Of a DNA stretch of 64,000 bases, positions 56,890 through 64,000 are shown in pieces. Under the pieces are notes generated by a model, which was not told where the DNA came from, did no database searches, and worked only from the letters and a program-made list of their open reading frames with translations. Position numbers and translations under genes: made by a program. The first letter of the stretch is position 1. Each line of letters starts with the position of its first letter. Origin of the DNA: Tubiluchus corallicola (lineage: Eukaryota > Animalia > Priapulida); contig JAQGDQ010000064.1 in assembly GCA_030141605.1 (NCBI GenBank), forward strand, positions 548,116 to 612,115, in the 5' to 3' direction.

Positions 56890-58983
56890 GAGTGTATCAT
56901 GTGTGGGGATTTTAATTACCCAAATTTAAAATGCCCACTTCCCCAGCCAGTTAATGTGTATGATCATCCTTTCATAGATTTTATGGAAGAACATTTATTA
57001 GAACAACGTGTTTATTTTCCCACCAGAATCAAGAACACTCTCGAGCTTGCTTAGTCTAACAGCGTTGAAAGAGTAATTGAGGTTGAATCGTGCCCTTCGT
57101 TTACTAAGAGTGATCACGAGTGCGGCGTAAAGTTTGGAATTGTGTGGTCTTGGTCACCAATATTTAATTGTGGAGATGAAGTATTTGATTTTTCTCACGC
57201 TAATATTCATCTTATGCGAGAGCTATTCGATGATGTGGAGTGGGATTGTTTGTTTGAAGGTAATAATGTAGAATCTTGCTGGCAAATATTTTATCTAAAT
57301 ATCATGCTATTATTGATCGGTCTGTGCCTAAACATATCATGAAGCCAAATAATCCCACAAGAAGGGCTTGGGAGAACACTAAGGATGTTTGTAAAAGACA
57401 TCAGAGAAAAGTAAGTGTTGGAGAATTTATTTTAAGTCTAATATTTCTTCAGATTTGGCAATTTATCAACGTACTGCCTCTAAACTTCTTGGTGATTCTT
57501 CGTGAACCTCAAGCAGTTATTAAGCGAACCAATGATCACTTCTCTCAGGTTTTCACAGAAGAACCATTGGATCATGAGTTGCTTGCCAGTCAATGTTGTC
57601 TGTTCAAGAAATGACTGACATTGATTTTTGTGTGGAGGATGTCAAGTCTTTACTGACGCTTGTTAATCCGTGGAAACCTAAGGGCCTTTGTTTAGAGTGT
57701 TTTGATTCAGGAAAATTGCCTAGGTCTTAGATGGATGCTAATATTATTCAACTTCCTAAGGTGATTAATACTACATTGTGTGATGAACTTCGTCCAATTT
57801 CTCTTACGTCTGTTGTTGTGAAAATCCTTGAGAAACTAATTTGGCGAGAAGTTCTTTGGTTTTTATTAATTCATAATTACTTTACCAAAAGCCAGCATGG
57901 ATCTCTTCCTAGTAGGTCAACTGTCACCAATTTGTTAGAATGTCTTAATAACTGGACCAAAATCTTTGGTGATGACTATAGTTCTGGTGTAGATATTGTA
58001 TATGTAGAGTCTTCCGTAAAGCATATGATTCAGTGCCTTTCGAGCATTTGTTGCGGAAAATGTCACTTGCTGGTATCAGGGGTAAACTCATTCATTGGTT
58101 TAGAATTTAGATCTTTTCTTACCTGTAGAAGACAATGCGTAGTCTTAAATGGACTGTCTACTGAGTGAATCCATGCTCGTAGTGGTATTCTACAGGGCAC
58201 ACTTAGCAGTCCCTATTGTTTTATATTATACGTGAATGATCTGACGGAGTATGTTAGTTCGTCTATTAGCATGTTTGTTAATGATGTTAAATTATACAGG
58301 CAGATTAAGTCGCAATTTGATTCTGATATGTTACAGCTAGACCTTGACAACATCGAATCTTGGTCTGATCAATGGCTGCTTCACATGAAACCTGTTAAAT
58401 GCGCTTTGCTCAGTGTTAGACAGGCCAATGTTGACACTTTATCTAATGGTATGATCGTTCAAGTTGATTGTGTTCGAGATCTCGGGGTTTACATATCTGT
58501 CTCGCTGAAATTTAATGATCATATTGTAAAGACTGCTAACCAAAGAATTGGCATTATTAAAAGATCAAATTTATAAGACTCTAATCAGACCCCTGCTGGA
58601 GTATGCAGTCGTTGTTTAGGTTCCGCAATACGTATCTTTTAAAGCAAAGCTGGAAAAGGTTCAACGAAGATGTCTATGTCTTGCTAACGATCTGGTTCTT
58701 AACAATATATCTACCTTAGAGGAGAGACGTGACACAACTGATCTTGTCAACGTGCTTAAAATATTGAATGAGAACACAGTCTTGGATCCGAATGATTTTT
58801 TTAAACGTCCTCATAGAGAGTTATGTGGTCATGAACGGAAACTACATGTCGGATATTCACGCACAAATATAAGGAAGCACTTTTCTCCAACCGTGTTGTA
58901 CGAAAGTGGAACAATCTAAACAGTGATATTGTTAATGCCCCCAATGTTGAGTCATTTAAACGAGCACTGAGAGAAGTGCATTG
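56890..58983 (+). mobile_element. Degenerate CR1-like LINE ORF2 (APE endonuclease C-terminus + RT + C-terminal region)
   Basis: CIMCGDFNYP, FPTRIKNTLEL, SDH; RT RPISLTSVVVKILEKLI, QHGSLPSRSTVTNLLE, SGILQG, MFVNDVKLY (decayed FADD); C-terminus LEKVQRR, GHERKL, RKHF/NRVVRKWNNL. Many frameshifts and stops. Confidence 0.9.
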
Positions 58984-59470
58984 AAAGCATTTTATATGCT
59001 AGCACTCTTACAACTTTTGAAGTAAGGCTCAATTTACCCGAAATTGTTAAAACACTCATCATATTGACGAAAATTATATAAATTAAGTTTGTGCTACACA
59101 ATAGGCAAAAACTTGCATTGGAGTTATATACACAATTTTTGAATATCTCAAGTGCTAATCACAGTACCTATATTAAGGCAAGGGAAACCAACCTCATCGA
59201 GCTAACAAGCAAATTAAAATTAATTCATGCTATTCATCAGAAATGTTGACCACGATCAGCAAAATTCGCCTTATTTGGTAATAGAATAAAACAAAAGTTA
59301 GTATATTATAAATATTTGGCACGACAGATGATGAAGAGAAGATTACACCCTACCAATGAATAGATACACTGTGACATGCGATTTCACAACAACAATGACA
59401 AAGTAAGCTTAAACCTGATCTGAAATTAGTCAAACACCAATTGAAATAATTTTGTGTTCTCAATATTTAC

Positions 59471-59657
59471 CACTTGTATAACAAAGGTGTACGTCTACTA
59501 TAAGTTTTGAAAATTCGTAAATTCATTATTCAGAATGATAACAAAATCAGAAAAACTAAAAACCGCATTTTTCAACAACACGATGTCGTCATTTGCGGTC
59601 ACAAATCGATCAAAATAACTTTCGCACGTGACAAAATAAACAAATGAACAGTTAAAA
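59471..59657. promoter_or_regulatory. Probable bidirectional promoter shared by TMEM199 (+) and the PWWP/IBD gene (-)
   Basis: Locally CpG-rich; minus-strand donor GTG|GTAAAT at 59470; TMEM199 ATG at 59658; no recognisable gene between 53.3 kb and 59.5 kb. Confidence 0.5.
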
Positions 59658-62600
59658 ATGGATGCGCTCAGTGAAAAGCTATGCCTTAATTTGTCAAATT
59701 GCATTCAAGAATGTTTGACGATTACGTTGAACGAGGAGTCCGTTCCAGATGATGTTAAATCTAAACTTCGATTAAACGCAAATAACGGCAAAGATAGACC
59801 AGATGTTATCACAGCCGATGAACTCCGGTTTTTGTATAGAACTGCTAGGAGTTACTGCCCTGGTATGTGTGGTAAATTATTCAGTTGAATTGACAGTTAC
59901 TGAGCACTACGTAGGACGGTCGCGCTTTGTCGACATTCCCGTGTACCTCCTTGTCGTAACGCTGATACACAGCGCCAGGGCACACGGCGAGGAAATTCAG
60001 CTCCGCGGTACATGGTGAAGTAATACAAGGGGAGAGGTGGGACATGATGCTGTGATACAAGTTAAGAGTAGATGTCGGCAAGTGCAAACGTGCGACGTGT
60101 CGTAGGCTCTCTGGCACCAGCTAAAATATATAATTTGTGTTGCCTACATTTATCATTTCTCGCAAAATTAAATTATATTATTTTTAGGGCGATAATTCAA
60201 TTAACTCACTTTCGTGTTGGGTTAAAAATACGACAATTGCTCAACTAACTAGACCTCTCCATAATTTTTAGGTAACCTTAGCTTCTCATGCTTTGTGAGC
60301 CTCACACATGCATGGTGTGCTTTGTCAGGGGGGCAGAATGAAAAATTGTTTTCTTGGTGTTATGCAAAATTGTTTTGTAGTGTGAAAAATTGTTTTCTTG
60401 GTATACTGTGGATGACCACTTAGTGCAAAAAGCATATATAGGCCTCTCTGTGAATAAAGCAAATAGTGTTTTAGCAGCTGTGCACTGCATATATTGCAAT
60501 AATGTTCGAATGCTAAATATGTGCTAGTAACTATTGTTTTGTGCTTGCGTCTGCTCTTTCTGAATGAATAATGATATCATACTGTCGTCTGTGCAATGCT
60601 AATACTAATCGATTTGAGTGCTTAATCTGACCATCTTGCAGCTATGAATAAACCGAAATCTTGTTAGGCCTAAATTGAAGATTTAAAATATTATCTTATT
60701 GCTTTATGATGAGCCTTTCGACCAGTATATGATGACAGTAGTGCTCTGAAGCTTAGTGAATGAATGCTGGAAATGCTGCAAAGTAATCATTTTAATAGGC
60801 TAAAACTCAACTCTCAAAACTAGATTTTTGCCTCCCATTTTTGCAGTGCATGCTTATTCTAAAAAGTAAGCAATGTGTAATTTAATTTACATGTACAGAA
60901 CTTATGTAGTTTTCAGGCACTTTGCCATGGATTTAAAACTGTATATGCACTAAAAACTTATTGTTGAAGAGTCAATGTAAAGATATAATGGATTTTTTTG
61001 CATACTAGATTATGGAGTTAAAGCTCAAGAAAACTCTTCACTTACATAAAGCTTAAAAAAATTGTTTTGAAATTTTATACCACTTACATACTGCCTTTTT
61101 ACATGCAGGGCCAGTGTCGGCCATAACGCTTATAAAACGTGTAAATTTAAACTCCCTCGATGACCGTTAGGCGTGGCCATTTTGATGGTAGTTCGTCTGA
61201 AACAAGTTTAGATAACATTGCGTGAAGCTTGAAAAAATAATCGGAGCATGCGTAGCACACATGTTGTTAACTAAGTAAAATTTTAGATTACCGTATCTTG
61301 TCAGCAAGATTAAAAATCTTTTTTCGTTAGTGAATGGCGCACCCTGGAGGGTGAGTCAGCGACATTTTACCAATTAGCAGGAACATTTTAAATTATTATT
61401 TCTAATTACGTAAGTCTTTCCAGCAGGTAAGCGAAATGCTAAATGCACGTTTGCGTAGTGACATCATGTAATGGTGCTGTCGGAGCAGTATTGCGGAGAT
61501 TTGAAATGAAAACAAACAAGAATTCCTTTCAGCACGAGTGTGATGTACGCATAAAAGTGCTTTAAAGTAGTATAATTTTTTAAGGCGATTTTTCTGAAAC
61601 CCACTTCAGGTACCCCTTTTCTAGTCCTTTAAGTAGCTAGATGTGTGATATTTTCAAATGAATTGCAATTTAAGTTTGTTTTTTGTTTTGCGACTTATAG
61701 TTTTGTCATTAGTATTGAGTAATTTAAATTATAATTTTCAAATATGACTACAACCAGGTTTGTTTGGTGGAAGATAAGAATAATTATAATTTTTTCTGTA
61801 TTTTTATGCGTGCACATTATGTGTGCTAACTTCAAAATTTTCAATTGTTCCATTGCGTTAAAATTTAGGATGTACTAAAAGTTGTTCAACCTTTGCATTC
61901 TCCTTTAAATTGTGTTTTAGGCTGTTTGGTTTAGATGATGACATAGTCAACATAATTTCCTCGTGGAATAAAAAAAAATTCATTATTGTGTTTGGTATTT
62001 TTCCAGGTTATAAAAACTTATATTTTCACGAACTTGTACGTGGTGCTGCGATACAACTTCCAAAACCCGTTATACCTGAGAGAGTATGTACATTTTTGTA
62101 TTAATAAGTTTTATCACCCAAGATAATTCATGCAAAATGTATAACTTTAAGGATCAACATATTCATTTTGCACATTAGTTGTTTGTTTATTATTGAGTGG
62201 GAAATTGACGTTGCCAAACGATCAGTCTTCAATGCAATGTTTCAATTTTTGTGTGTTATTCGTGCGTAATGTTTATTATTAGTTGAAATTGTTTATTATT
62301 GAAGTAATAATACAGGAAGAATTAACACAAAAAATAAGTAGTTTGAATACTGTATCTGGCAAGTGGTGGCTAGAAAAAAACTGTTTGTCATGAGTTAACA
62401 GAAAAGTTTTTGTGAATTATGAACAAGCAAAGTGCTGTCACGGGCTCTTTATACACGTATATGAGCATGTACATTATTGTTGAAAGTGCATACTAGGGTT
62501 GTCACTTCATCACAAACCAAAACCAGGAGTCAGGAACCAGCTAGGGAGGTATGGAAACCGACATATGTTTCCTGTATTTTTGACATTTTAAGGCCTTTTT

Positions 62601-63333
62601 CAGAATCAAGAAATGTAAAACACAGGCTAGTACAAGTTTATTGATTTTAGGCATTAAAATGCCCTAAAACTTGTAAGCAGTGCATCAACTTTTGGAGTTT
62701 TTTACCAGTCCATGTACATTTCTCACATTTTTGACATTGGAGATAGCTTTTAGTGATTAAATTGTTAAGAACTTTATGTTACGTGAATTAAATCTAAAGC
62801 AGAACATTACTGCACTTGTCACTGCAGAAAAAAATGGCAAATGTAGACAGTGTGAATTGGTGAAGCCTTACAAGAGATCGAACTTGTTTTTTAGGTTTAG
62901 TGTTGTCTTAACAGAGATTTCGCTGGTTTAGTTTTACCTTATAATGCAAAGTTTCAATATGCCATATCCTATTTCGGTATTTTTTACTTAAACTTGAATG
63001 CAGTGATCGAAATTAGGAGATTTCAGAATTTTTAAAAATTTAACCAAACTATGGCACTATGGCTGAAGTTCAGGAGACTCCAAGCCAAATCAGGAGTGCT
63101 GGCAACTCTAGTGCATAGGTTGTAATCTTTTATTTATGCATAATCACAAATTACAGCTTACAGTTAGGCATTTTTGTTCTGGTTGCTTATTATTACATTT
63201 TTACAGAATCCGGAGTTAGAAGCAAGAATAAATCAATTGAAGGCAAAATTAGCAGAACGGGAGTACAAAGAGATGACAAAGAATGTAGATTCACAGTGGA
63301 GGGCCAATGAGAAGATTAGTTTGAGTAGTGAAG
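59658..63333 (+). CDS. TMEM199: TMEM199 / Vma12 V-ATPase assembly factor, 5' part (continues beyond the window)
   Basis: Exons 59658-59862, 62007-62083, 63207-63333, phases consistent. LYFHELVRGAAIQLPKPVIPERNPELEARINQLKAKLAEREYKEMTKNVD matches the Vma12 signature LHELL.GS...LP......RNPEL.ARL..L......EY..MT.NV. Confidence 0.87.
62494..63110. mobile_element. hAT (Tip100-like) MITE in TMEM199 intron 2
   Basis: TIR TAGGGTTGTCA / TGGCAACTCTA; 8-bp TSD GTGCATAC / GTGCATAG (7/8); subterminal CAGGAG repeats at both ends. Confidence 0.8.
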
Positions 63334-64000
63334 GTAACTGTTAATTGCTTTGTTTTTGACTGAGATTATAATTTTCCTGAGCAATGTGAAATACATATCT
63401 TTGATCCTCCTCGCCTCATGATAGGTGTTTGAGAAAACCTAATTTCTTATTGGCCATTCTGCATTTGGTTGTTACCATTGTTTTGAGCTGTTTGATTCAA
63501 ATTAATGTTTGCAAAAGTGTAAAATACTTAAATGGCCAATCACACTTTATTAGCTCATTGTTCCTGTACACAGCTACATTATAGTATAGGAAACTCAATA
63601 GTAAATTTTTTAAATTAAACACAGTTTGGAATATTTCAGTAAGAAAACTTTGAAAGTCACCATTTAGATCACAGAGATACTGTCTTCCTTTTATATGTGA
63701 CATTGTTCCTCCATTTAAACAATTACAGAAACAATTTGTTAAATTTTACCATAGCTGCTTGAATAGCGAAAATCTTATAGTTAATTTCAATTTCTTTGCA
63801 CATAATTCTGGATTTCACGTCTGTAGCGAGTACAAATTTTTTTACACAAATGAAAATGCTCTTTCTAAGGTTTTTTGTACATCGGATGTAAGCAGTTATG
63901 TTAGCGAAGAACAAATACAGAATGTAAATTTCATTAAAGATGTTATATGGGCTCTGGAGCGTAATCTTCTTGATTTTTTGACAGGAATGAATTGTTTGCC

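Noticed and set aside
63986-64000. Possible fourth TMEM199 exon after TTTTTGACAG
   Set aside because: Only 15 nt are visible at the window edge; cannot be supported.

Overview
AT-rich, intron-containing animal (invertebrate-like) genomic DNA, not prokaryotic. Reading GT/GC-AG junctions by hand and checking frame across them gives six protein-coding genes: (1) a 5'-truncated meiotic HORMAD/Hop1-type gene (+, 1286-13900) with HORMA, PHD, winged-helix and a C-terminal closure motif; (2) a PHRF1-like RING-PHD-SRI gene (+, 18030-29804, ~1724 aa); (3) a small Ly6/uPAR three-finger GPI-type gene (+, 33787-35297); (4) a PGP-type HAD phosphatase (-, 37600-46195) with a GC-AG intron and a decayed BEL/Pao retrotransposon in intron 1; (5) a LEDGF/HDGFL2-like PWWP+IBD gene with an intron-free CDS (-, 49595-53272); (6) the 5' part of TMEM199/VMA12 (+, from 59658), head-to-head with gene 5. 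Introns and intergenic DNA hold a CR1-like LINE, hAT and pogo/Tigger MITEs, 5S-like SINE remnants, a telomere-like tract and short tandem duplications. Best leads: the PHD-wHTH-containing HORMAD; the retrogene-like LEDGF homologue ending in an ARS2-type EEGEI motif; a possible spliced 39-codon micro-ORF head-to-head with PGP; a GC-rich foldable island in TMEM199 intron 1; and a three-uORF leader on PHRF1. No searches were run, so family calls rest on motif recognition.
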